IMG/VR virus record: IMGVR_UViG_3300047325_000072
Span: 1-64,000 of that record
Direction: 5' to 3' (one strand)
Source of the DNA: a virus
Length of the DNA stretch: 64,000 nt
The position numbers and the translations under genes are program-made. Position 1 is the stretch's first letter. Each line of letters begins with the position of its first letter. Below, one piece after another: positions 56,098 through 64,000 of this stretch. The notes under the pieces are model-generated. The model had not been told where the DNA came from, ran no database searches, and saw only the letters and a list, made by a program, of their open reading frames with translations.

Positions 56098-56543
56098 GAA
56101 ACCTCGTGCGAAACGGATTGCAACATTATTCCGTGGTCGATCAAAGGTTTAGAAAAGCCCTTCCGTTTAATTGTACTCGGCTTCAGCGGCGGCGATTGAA
56201 GGTCTACGATGCTCTGTCGCAGTTGTCCCGCAATTGCTGCGCCGATCTGGTCGAGCGACTTCGGTACGTCGTAATTGTTCGCTTTCAGATTCGCGGCGAT
56301 CGATGCAGGCCAGCGGGGGCTTTCCTTAGCAACCATATTGCGAAAAAAGGGGCGCGGCGGCTGGCCGCGGCTCGGGGCGCCGAATTCATTAACAGCGGCA
56401 ACAAGGGCCACCGAAGTTCCGTCCGGATAGGTCGCGCCGGAAAGAAAGCCAACTTTGACCGTGCCGCCGCGCCCTAGCTGATCGCCTATTTGGGCGAGCG
56501 CTGCGGTTAGCTTTTGGCCGCCAGAAATTTTCACAGAAGGCAT
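56094..56543 (-). CDS. tail completion/neck protein (HK97 gp10-like)
   Basis: VGFL..ATYPDG, A..NEFG, PPRPFFR, P..PST..RKG..KPLID.G. Confidence 0.8.
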   Translation of the reverse strand: MPSVKISGGQKLTAALAQIGDQLGRGGTVKVGFLSGATYPDGTSVALVAAVNEFGAPSRGQPPRPFFRNMVAKESPRWPASIAANLKANNYDVPKSLDQIGAAIAGQLRQSIVDLQSPPLKPSTIKRKGFSKPLIDHGIMLQSVSHEVS

Positions 56544-56998
56544 TATCGAACCCAAACCCGATTAAGTCCCAGGTAAGGCGGGAAAGATCGGGCCGAGCCG
56601 GGGCCGGGCACGTAGGTTGCTCGGCGCCAAGCCGAAGTTGCCTGCCAAAAAGCCGCGCCATAGCTGGTTTGCAAAAACCAAGCATTTTCCGGGTTCATCG
56701 GGAACTCGGCCGCGACCGAAACGGTTCCTTCGCTGGCGCTGCTGATCCTCCCAACCAAGCCGCTCGGGATGCCGCCCGTAGCCGGCGGCGCAAACAGCTT
56801 AGCTAAATGCGCCGTCAACATATTCAACAACGTAAGCTGCACTGTCGGGTCAAGCACAGGCCCCGTGCCGTCATTCCGCAAATACAACGTCGCCATGTCG
56901 AAATAGGATTGAGCGAGCGGCGCGGCAATGTAGGCAAACTCCGGATAGGTCGCTATCCAAAGATCGTAGTTGAATGTTACTTCAGCGCAAGGCGTCAT
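56543..56998 (-). CDS. head-tail connector (DUF4054-like)
   Basis: YPEF, LL..L.AH.A.L, VGRISSA.EG.VSV, QT.YG..FWQ. Confidence 0.85.
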   Translation of the reverse strand: MTPCAEVTFNYDLWIATYPEFAYIAAPLAQSYFDMATLYLRNDGTGPVLDPTVQLTLLNMLTAHLAKLFAPPATGGIPSGLVGRISSASEGTVSVAAEFPMNPENAWFLQTSYGAAFWQATSAWRRATYVPGPGSARSFPPYLGLNRVWVR

Positions 56999-57537
56999 GC
57001 TGCCTCGCGCTCACCCTTTTCGATTTTCTTCATAGACGGATCGTGTAGCTCCGGGCGACCTGGGTCGATCGGTTCTAAACCAGATCGGGTTGCCCCTTGC
57101 GCCGCGACCCAGGCGCGAGCACGCGCACTATCTCCTGCATCAACCGGCGGCGGCCCGATTAGTCGGTTACGGATCAGCATAGAGGACGGCTGGTTTGCTT
57201 CCCACCACGAGCGATAGAGGTCCAACGGCACGCCCTCCGTAATGGCATAGCCGTAAGCGCCGCCAACGATGAGATGCTCCGGCATGCGGCCGGCCACGAT
57301 ATCTTGTACAGAGACCGAATTACCGCGCAACCGGAAAGGCTCTCCAACCGCTTGGGCAACCTTGACCACCTTGTAGCCGTGCGCTGTTGCCTCGCCGGAA
57401 TCCACCATGGAGTAACCCTGCATAATGATTCCGTGAGGATGCTTCAACGCGACGGCAACTGTTGCTGTGCCCGTTGAGGGGGGCGTAGGTGTCGAGATCG
57501 TGGTTGGATTAGGATTAGGTTTTGATTCGTTGGGCAT
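56995..57537 (-). CDS. virion-associated hypothetical protein
   Basis: V.VA.K.PHG, G...TE.V..W, SGLEP.DP; typical position after the major capsid gene. Confidence 0.65.
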   Translation of the reverse strand: MPNESKPNPNPTTISTPTPPSTGTATVAVALKHPHGIIMQGYSMVDSGEATAHGYKVVKVAQAVGEPFRLRGNSVSVQDIVAGRMPEHLIVGGAYGYAITEGVPLDLYRSWWEANQPSSMLIRNRLIGPPPVDAGDSARARAWVAAQGATRSGLEPIDPGRPELHDPSMKKIEKGEREAA

Positions 57538-57541
57538 GTTT

Positions 57542-58684
57542 TCAAATACCCACCATCGCTGTAAGGCCGGCAGGATAGCGAATCACACATCCCCAACTGC
57601 CGCTCATACACTTTTGTTGAAAAGCGCTCAGCAACCGAATGATCGGAAACGCTCGCATCTTTTCGGAATACGCGCAAAAGCCGGTCTTCTGGCCTTCGAC
57701 CTCGTCAACGATCAACTGCATCGAGTTGCCCGCGGGATTACCCTGGGGGTTGGTCGAGCTTTGTCCGTTATATTGGACTGCTGTCTTGATCTTCAAATTT
57801 TTGAAGTTCTTGGTCAGCAAGTCCCGGACATTCACGTTGAACGTGTTTGTGGCGCCAAGCGCGACTTCGGAGGAAGGCCCGAGCGCGAGCGTCAGCGGCG
57901 ACTCCATGTTGACGAGACCAGAATTTTGAGTAACAAGCTGCTGGTAAGTCGCCAGAATGTCGTTGTAGATCTCGTTTGCCGTCGCGATGATCTGGCCCGT
58001 CGAGTAGTTCAGCCAAGCGGTGCCGCCCGCGGCCTTGGTCGCGGGAGTCAACGCCGCAGACAGGAACGGGTTATTGATCAATCCATAGTTCTGCAACGCC
58101 GACACACCATAGAAGTATGTCAGGTTGAGGAACTTGTTAAGGTTGATGGCCGCGGCCTTGTCGATCGACGAAACCCAATTGATCCGAGCCAGCCCTGCGC
58201 GTTCAAGCTCCCGCTCACCATACTGCTTGATAAGCTGGAACAAATACGCCTGGACTTGGGGCCAGTTCGTGTTAACACCGGCCCGGCCATTGTTGGAAAA
58301 GTCTCCGTAGCTGGAGACCTCGCCCGTGGCTTCGGCGACCGGGAACATGGTCGTATCGTTTAGCCACGTGCCCTTTTTGACCTCGCCCATGATCTCCGCG
58401 GCCATGTTCGGAGCGAACAAGACCTCATAGACCTGCGGATCAATAAGAGTTGTGAGCATCGCCGGCACGGCCGAGTTCGGATCGGTCGTAAGGGTCGGGA
58501 TGTTGGAAACCGCATCGAGGGCAAGCCGGTAATCGCGGCGCGAGCCGTCATCCGGAATGTAGCCCACAGGGGCCGCGCCGGGGGCATACGAAATGCCGTA
58601 CTCCTCCAGCATTGCCTGGTCCATCGCGAAGGCTGCAACAGCCTCCGCCATCGTCCCGAAGCGGAGCGGATTGGTAGTTATCAT
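57542..58684 (-). CDS. major capsid protein (DUF2184-like)
   Basis: LTT..DP, GEVKKG.W, G.V..YGD, YGE.E.E, YFYGV..L.NYG..N.P, F.QK..G.WG. Confidence 0.9.
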   Translation of the reverse strand: MITTNPLRFGTMAEAVAAFAMDQAMLEEYGISYAPGAAPVGYIPDDGSRRDYRLALDAVSNIPTLTTDPNSAVPAMLTTLIDPQVYEVLFAPNMAAEIMGEVKKGTWLNDTTMFPVAEATGEVSSYGDFSNNGRAGVNTNWPQVQAYLFQLIKQYGERELERAGLARINWVSSIDKAAAINLNKFLNLTYFYGVSALQNYGLINNPFLSAALTPATKAAGGTAWLNYSTGQIIATANEIYNDILATYQQLVTQNSGLVNMESPLTLALGPSSEVALGATNTFNVNVRDLLTKNFKNLKIKTAVQYNGQSSTNPQGNPAGNSMQLIVDEVEGQKTGFCAYSEKMRAFPIIRLLSAFQQKCMSGSWGCVIRYPAGLTAMVGI

Positions 58685-58712
58685 ATCGAGCTATTCCTTT
58701 TTCCGCTCGGGG

Positions 58713-59693
58713 TTATGGACCGACGTTGACGCGATCAGACATCTTGACTACTTCCCCCGCCTGCCCAGAGGACAAGGCATAAAAACGAGTCTCGATGGTA
58801 TTACCGAGCGTCAATGCCGAGGATGACATCGCCTGAGTAACGTCCAGGTAATACGTGCCGGTGCCGCCGGTTCCAAGCTGAGTGATGTGCGAAAACGGCG
58901 GGCTTGCAGCTACGCCGGTACCGGAAACCAGAGCACCATTTTCGATCGTGCCCGAAGATACAGCCGAAACCGTCAGAATACCGTAGCTGAGCGATAGTGT
59001 ACCGGACAAAACCAATTGCTCGGGGATAGACAAAGCGTATGTGCCAGTGCTGCCCGCAGTGCCGGAAAGCTGCGAGACGATCCGAGTATTGGCAATAACG
59101 CCAGACCCCGCGACAGTGCCGTAAAGCAATGCGCCATTGACAACCGTGCCCGATGCCACATTCGTGACCGTAAGCACATTGCCCGCCACCGAGCCAGTCA
59201 GTGATCCGGTGCCCGCGGCGATCGAGCCAGTCACTGAGGCCGATCCCGGAGAACCGGTCGGGGCAAACGAAACCTTGCCGGTGGCAAGATCGGCGTAAGC
59301 CTTCATGCCCACCAACGCGGCAGTTGTGCCGTCATTTTTGACCCAAAAGCCGCCCGAAGTGAACAGCGTCACCCCGAAACCTTTAGGCACAACCATACTG
59401 GCATCTGCCAGATAAGTCGTGATCAGCCCCTGCTGTTCGCGGGCGATAAAGCCGGACGGGGCCGCGCCCTGATTGCTGAAACAATTGACAACTGTCGGCG
59501 CGTTGTCCGGGTCGATCCCTTGATACGAGGTCCAACCGAAATAACCAACCGTAACGCCCGCGCTGCCCGCTACGAGGCCGCCCGGACCTGCGTCGAGGGT
59601 AGAGCGCGGATTGAAGTCAGAAAAGTCACCGGGAATGCCCGGCGTGGGCAAGGTGCCGACCGAGGTCTGCCACCCGCTGTTACCCGTAGCCAT
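58713..59693 (-). CDS. head decoration/cement protein with inserted domains
   Basis: Q..V..P..G..GDF..NPR, AG.G.LVAG..G..VG.F, GF..REQQ.LI..YL, G.FW. Confidence 0.75.
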   Translation of the reverse strand: MATGNSGWQTSVGTLPTPGIPGDFSDFNPRSTLDAGPGGLVAGSAGVTVGYFGWTSYQGIDPDNAPTVVNCFSNQGAAPSGFIAREQQGLITTYLADASMVVPKGFGVTLFTSGGFWVKNDGTTAALVGMKAYADLATGKVSFAPTGSPGSASVTGSIAAGTGSLTGSVAGNVLTVTNVASGTVVNGALLYGTVAGSGVIANTRIVSQLSGTAGSTGTYALSIPEQLVLSGTLSLSYGILTVSAVSSGTIENGALVSGTGVAASPPFSHITQLGTGGTGTYYLDVTQAMSSSALTLGNTIETRFYALSSGQAGEVVKMSDRVNVGP

Positions 59694-59718
59694 GAATAGC
59701 CTCCTATCTCACGGGTGG

Positions 59719-60771
59719 TTAGGCAAGGTCGAACTGAGTGCGCGAGGCGCCCGGAAAGCGCGTAGCGAAGGTCGAGCGCGCGCCTTGCGCAGCGTCGGCT
59801 GCTAGCCGCTCCGGCGACGCCGCGTGCCGTGCACCGGGGCGCGGGGTACGCTCGATCAGCAAACGCAACGCGCTCGGATCCTTGATCGTTGCCGCCCCGG
59901 TAATGCCGAGCGCGCGGCAACCGGCGCGAAGCACGTCCTCCGCCGAGTCGGCTGCAAGGCCCGGTAAGCCGCCTACCCAGGGGCGCACAAACTCGCGGGC
60001 ATCGTCGATCGCGCGCTGCTCGCGGCGAAAATCAGCTTTCGCCTCTGCAATCGCCGCGTCCATCGCCTTTTTGTCCATTGTGCCTCCGGGCTTGGGCTGG
60101 CCCTTGAACGGAGGCGGCTCGTCAATCCCGCCGCCCTTAAATTCCTTGTTCGGGTCTTCCTCCTCGTCGTGAGCTTCCTCAGCCGGCGCCTCGCGGTGCA
60201 TAGAAGCACCGATGGCCTCGTCAAGCCGGGCAAGCTCCTCCGGGGGCAATTTTCCCTTAAGCATCTCTTTGATGCGCGCCACGATCGCGGCCGGATCCTC
60301 AGCATCCTCGTCCTCACCCTCGCCGCCCATCGTAGCGGCATTCATGTCGGGATCGTCTTCCATGGTGTCCATTTCCGGCTCGTCGTCGCCGACGCGGGCG
60401 ATAGCCTCCAGCATCTCAGTCACGTCGCTGATGTCGGCATCCTGGGCCAACCGGCCGCGCGTCTCGCGCTGTAGCGCGGCAACAAGATCGGGGATCTTGG
60501 AGGCGAAATTTTTCTGCGTAATCCCTTTCAAAAGGGGTGTAACGCGAATCTGCGCATCGGCAGCGAGCCGGGGCGCAAGGTAGGTACGCAGCGCGCCCGT
60601 AGCCAAAATGGCGGTGGGCGAGACGGTAGACTTAAACATCGTCTTCCTCTCACTATTTCCGCCGTTGGCGGGGGTTGCAAGCAACTTTGAATCCAGACCG
60701 AGCTTTTGAAGCGCCTCAGCAGGAGTCTTAAATCTTTTCTTTAATGCGGCCACGAGACGGTCGCTCACCAT
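59719..60771 (-). CDS. capsid scaffold protein (C-terminal part of DUF2213-type proteins)
   Basis: Acidic region, AMDAA, AR..VRP.VG, DSAE.V.R, A.D..F..RFP; AGGAGG RBS. Confidence 0.7.
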   Translation of the reverse strand: MVSDRLVAALKKRFKTPAEALQKLGLDSKLLATPANGGNSERKTMFKSTVSPTAILATGALRTYLAPRLAADAQIRVTPLLKGITQKNFASKIPDLVAALQRETRGRLAQDADISDVTEMLEAIARVGDDEPEMDTMEDDPDMNAATMGGEGEDEDAEDPAAIVARIKEMLKGKLPPEELARLDEAIGASMHREAPAEEAHDEEEDPNKEFKGGGIDEPPPFKGQPKPGGTMDKKAMDAAIAEAKADFRREQRAIDDAREFVRPWVGGLPGLAADSAEDVLRAGCRALGITGAATIKDPSALRLLIERTPRPGARHAASPERLAADAAQGARSTFATRFPGASRTQFDLA

Positions 60772-60821
60772 AGCCTCCTCCGAGAGAAACCGCCTGCTTT
60801 AGCTGGCGGAGGGATCTCCTT

Positions 60822-61016
60822 TTATTTAATCTTTCCGTGTTCACGGCCGATAAAAGCGGCTAAAGCCGCGGGATCGTGGACGCCTTTCTTGTGGGCCAGC
60901 GAGTTTTCTAGCTTACCGAAAGATTCGTCCTTAGCTCGCTTCATCTCTTTTGCCCAAGCATCAAAAGCGCGAGCTAGCTTGTCCCAACCTTGGGTGTTTT
61001 CCTTCATTCTAACCAA
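60822..61016 (-). CDS. small head-module protein
   Basis: F.KL..L..KKGV.DP.ALAA.IGR motif after an AKD site. Confidence 0.55.
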   Translation of the reverse strand: MVRMKENTQGWDKLARAFDAWAKEMKRAKDESFGKLENSLAHKKGVHDPAALAAFIGREHGKIK

Positions 61017-62599
61017 CTACTCCTGAGCGCCGCGGCAACGTCGTCCCAGCCGTAAGCGCGCGACATGGTGTCAGCGACTGTAACGTCTTTTCCTTGGCGC
61101 CCTTCTTCGACCTGGGCGAGATGCTGGAAACGAATACTGCACATTAAACCATCATAATGCTCGCCGTCCGGCGACGTGCCCGGTTCCATTTTGGCAATAT
61201 ATCTGTAGCCTGGACTCAACTCTCTTTTAGAATTGGCCTCTACTTCATCGATAGCCTCTTGGGGCCAAAACACAAGTGAATTAGAAATAAAGGGTGCATC
61301 CCACCGGGCGTCAGTGCCGGTTGATCCAACAACAAGTTGTGCGTTCTTTGCATGTGTCTTTGCATCAACCCCTGCATGCTGCCCTAAAATCGGGATATTG
61401 TTCGCTGAGCGAACCGTCTCCGGCTTAGACAACTCTTCTGCCGATCGATAAAGCATGTATTTCTTGTCAGGGTCTAGGCCCAGTTCTTCACTATTGGGGA
61501 TTTCGTGACCGAAATACGGATCGACCCTCTCCATTGCGAGGTTGCTTCGTTCAACATGCAACCTTCCCTCAGCATCCTTAGAACGAACAGTGTCCTTATC
61601 CTGCCCGATATCCGCTCCGAACTCCCTCTCTCGGATACTATCCGCACGACGGGCAAGATCTCCACGACCCTGGAGGCGCGCACGGCGCGCCGCGGCTAAG
61701 AGCAGGTTGCGGGTATATTTCCATTCGCCGTCACGTTTTTCCTTAACCGGATATTTTCGCTGACTTGGAATGAGAAACGCGCTTTCCGGCATATCCTCGC
61801 GGTGCGCCGTACTGTCAACCTCCTCGCGGGTTGTTTTCGAGAGTTTGCCTGTAGGATCGGAAGCGTCCTCTGCCTCCACATTTACCGTCGGCTGCCGGCT
61901 CTGCTCGCGCATTTGAGCAGCCGTGACATTGGTCAATCCACCTTCTTTATCGACCAGGTTCGAACGACTTAGATCGACGAAAGGCTGCAAGACCTTACCG
62001 GGACCAGTGCGAAACTCTACGTCAGCCGCATACCGCTTCGCCGTTCCGGCTAACGTTTCGCGTACCCCCGGATGGAGAGGGTCCGGCAAATCATCCAACC
62101 CGCGCCAGCAATAAGCGCTATGCTCGGCATTCAATTTCGGCTCAAACTCGTCGTCTACCGGACACAAAAAGCTCGTATGATCCCAACCGTGCGGAGTGCG
62201 CGTTGTGCCTAGATTGATCCACTGCCCGTCGTCCTCCGGTACGTGTCCGATTTCCTCTTGGCTCTCACGGCGCACTGCGTCGTAAGCACCTTCTTCGCCG
62301 TCGCATTGGCCGCCCGGCCATGACCAGGTATCGGGCCAGTTCTTTTCATCCGAAGCGCGTTTTACGAAAAGAACACGTTTCGTTTTAGGCGAAAAATAAC
62401 CCACCGAGGCAGCTCGGCCTAACGGCGGGACGCCACTATTAGGCGAAAGGTCATCTTGAGCATGTTCACCTTCGCCTTCTTCCTCGGAAATAAAGGTGAT
62501 AAAACCTTGAAAGAAACGCTTTAGGTCGCCCAGCCAAGACATGCTGGCGGGGCTATCCTTAGCCCTGGCGGGTATCATCAACCAATAAATCCCTTGCAA
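61004..62599 (-). CDS. Nudix hydrolase + DUF6582-like + DUF2213 (prohead protease-like) fusion
   Basis: Nudix box GGQCDGEEGAYDAVRRESQEEIG; R..MP.SAF..P..RKYPV; R..D..GRL.V..V.PY.G.EIP, ELS.GY.Y, HLA.V..GR.G..V.V.D. Confidence 0.8.
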   Translation of the reverse strand: MQGIYWLMIPARAKDSPASMSWLGDLKRFFQGFITFISEEEGEGEHAQDDLSPNSGVPPLGRAASVGYFSPKTKRVLFVKRASDEKNWPDTWSWPGGQCDGEEGAYDAVRRESQEEIGHVPEDDGQWINLGTTRTPHGWDHTSFLCPVDDEFEPKLNAEHSAYCWRGLDDLPDPLHPGVRETLAGTAKRYAADVEFRTGPGKVLQPFVDLSRSNLVDKEGGLTNVTAAQMREQSRQPTVNVEAEDASDPTGKLSKTTREEVDSTAHREDMPESAFLIPSQRKYPVKEKRDGEWKYTRNLLLAAARRARLQGRGDLARRADSIREREFGADIGQDKDTVRSKDAEGRLHVERSNLAMERVDPYFGHEIPNSEELGLDPDKKYMLYRSAEELSKPETVRSANNIPILGQHAGVDAKTHAKNAQLVVGSTGTDARWDAPFISNSLVFWPQEAIDEVEANSKRELSPGYRYIAKMEPGTSPDGEHYDGLMCSIRFQHLAQVEEGRQGKDVTVADTMSRAYGWDDVAAALRSSWLE

Positions 62600-62769
62600 G
62601 GCAAGTAATCGTATACTCCGGAATCAGGTTTACGACAGGCTTCCTTACGCTTGCCGCAACGTTTGCACGCCTCAAAACTCTCGCCTTCTTTTGTCACTGC
62701 GCCAAAGTCATGGTTTACGCGTGTTGCTAATTCCCGCACAAAATTGTCAATTTCCGACGATTTAGGCAT
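62578..62769 (-). CDS. small putative Zn-binding protein
   Basis: H..CKRC..C..C. Confidence 0.45.
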   Translation of the reverse strand: MPKSSEIDNFVRELATRVNHDFGAVTKEGESFEACKRCGKRKEACRKPDSGVYDYLPCKGFIG

Positions 62770-63831
62770 TTACGCTGGTACCAACAAACCGGCCGGCGGC
62801 CACGCGAATGCCGTACCCAGCGGATTGGGTGCTGAGACGGTGCGGATGTCGGTCGAATGCCGGCAATCGACCATTACTAAACCAATGGGATCGACCAAAC
62901 CGGCAATGGCAGGAGCGCGGCCAGCAGCAAGCATAGCGGCGTTGCGCTGCTCAGCGGTATAGCCGGCGACTACGCTGCCCGGCAATTCCCAAGCTGACCA
63001 CTGGACCTCACCGAGGTCACGGGCAAATATCATCCGCTCGCAATCACCGCGGATGTCTGTCGGCGCAATGTTGTAGTGCATCGACACAATGCAATCGAGA
63101 TTAGGCGTCTGTGCCACGCCGTTGACCGAGCACGGCACCGGCAGGGTCAAGCGCTGATAGGTGGTATATGCCGTTCCAGTCTGCGGTGTAGTTGGACATA
63201 CAATCGCCATGCCGCCCTGCTGTGATCCTCCGATCGGCGTCGCGTTCCGCAAGGTACCATCGACATCGTTGAGCCAGTTGAGCCAGGAAGGTTTCTGACA
63301 ATCCGGGCTGAAAAACCAGACGCCATTGACATCGGCAGCCGAACCGTCGTGGGTGTAGAAATCACCGACACCGTGCGCGACCGATCCACTCGCGAGTTGA
63401 ATGTCGCTGACCCGGAAACAATCACCGCCATCGTCCGGCGCGTCGTAGGTGAACCATGAACCCTGCGGATAGCTAGGGCCACCGTAATCGAAGGTGCGGA
63501 TTGCGAATTGCACACCGTTGCGAGTGACAAGGTAACAGTCGCAGCGCTGCACATCCAAACCGGCATCGAGCTTGTACCAGTAGATTGGGTCGGCTTCGGT
63601 TTGCGGACGGGTGTAAAGGTATCCCGGATCAAGTGGTGTCAGTGTCGGATCAGCCCCGACCCCATGCACGAGGTAGCGCAGCATGTCGGCATCGGCCATA
63701 CCGATCGGAACCGGAGCCGGAGCCGGCGGCGATGGTGTAGGAATGGGAGCCGGCGTCGGGGTCGGAGCCGATGACCCGCCGCACCCGGCGACCGCCAATG
63801 TGGACAACAGAAGCCCACGTCGCGATATCAC
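62770..63831 (-). CDS. lipoprotein with twin-arginine-like signal and Pro-rich linker
   Basis: GTG after GGAGA; ISRRGLLLSTLAVAG-C followed by PTPTPAPIPTPSPP. Confidence 0.65.
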   Translation of the reverse strand: MISRRGLLLSTLAVAGCGGSSAPTPTPAPIPTPSPPAPAPVPIGMADADMLRYLVHGVGADPTLTPLDPGYLYTRPQTEADPIYWYKLDAGLDVQRCDCYLVTRNGVQFAIRTFDYGGPSYPQGSWFTYDAPDDGGDCFRVSDIQLASGSVAHGVGDFYTHDGSAADVNGVWFFSPDCQKPSWLNWLNDVDGTLRNATPIGGSQQGGMAIVCPTTPQTGTAYTTYQRLTLPVPCSVNGVAQTPNLDCIVSMHYNIAPTDIRGDCERMIFARDLGEVQWSAWELPGSVVAGYTAEQRNAAMLAAGRAPAIAGLVDPIGLVMVDCRHSTDIRTVSAPNPLGTAFAWPPAGLLVPA

Positions 63832-64000
63832 CTTATTTTCTCCCGCGTTGCGGCGGCCGCCGTGGCAAGAGATTGGATGGCGAGATCGCTCATAGGCATC
63901 GACTATTGGCAATTGTGATTAAACGCCTGGACCGCTTTATCAAGCATAGACGGGATGATCTTCCGCTGCGCCCAGATATCTGGGTCGTTTTTCTCCATCC

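Noticed and set aside
1-64000. Stop-codon reassignment, tRNA/rRNA genes, integrase/att sites
   Set aside because: Long conserved genes end normally at TAG, TGA and TAA. No RNA gene or recombinase was recognised by eye, and tRNAscan was not run.

Overview
The window is part of a tailed phage genome (myovirus-type; host probably a Gram-negative bacterium, possibly an alphaproteobacterium, which is inference). It has two convergent arms. The + strand arm (1 to ~34.6 kb) carries early/accessory genes: three families of tandem-repeat proteins, RtcB, many gene remnants and six sigma70-like promoters. It also carries replication and nucleotide genes: SNF2 and UvrD helicases, an SSB-like protein, a family B-like polymerase, Dcd, a DnaQ exonuclease and class II RNR. 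The - strand arm (34.7-64 kb) is a DUF2213/DUF2184/DUF4054/DUF3383/DUF2612-type head, neck, contractile tail, baseplate and lysis module. Terminase, portal, primase and integrase are not seen here. The best candidate for an undescribed system is a thymidine-hypermodification cluster (14.2-21.3 kb). It has the known 5-hmdU machinery: TS-like hydroxymethylase, HD hydrolase, dNMP kinase, two P-loop DNA kinases, and aGPT-Pplase1 and aGPT-Pplase2 proteins. Within the same coupled gene run sit a myo-inositol-1-phosphate synthase and a CX5R phosphatase, which suggests an inositol-modified thymine isobaric with base J. Other leads are: two glycosyltransferase-like genes in the neck module; one Ser/Thr-rich domain grafted into five virion proteins; a recombining pentapeptide-repeat paralog array with an orphan cassette; a direct-repeat-bounded lysozyme domain in a CTG-initiated tape measure protein; and two Tat-type lipoproteins. 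All family assignments come from motif recognition by eye, with no database search.
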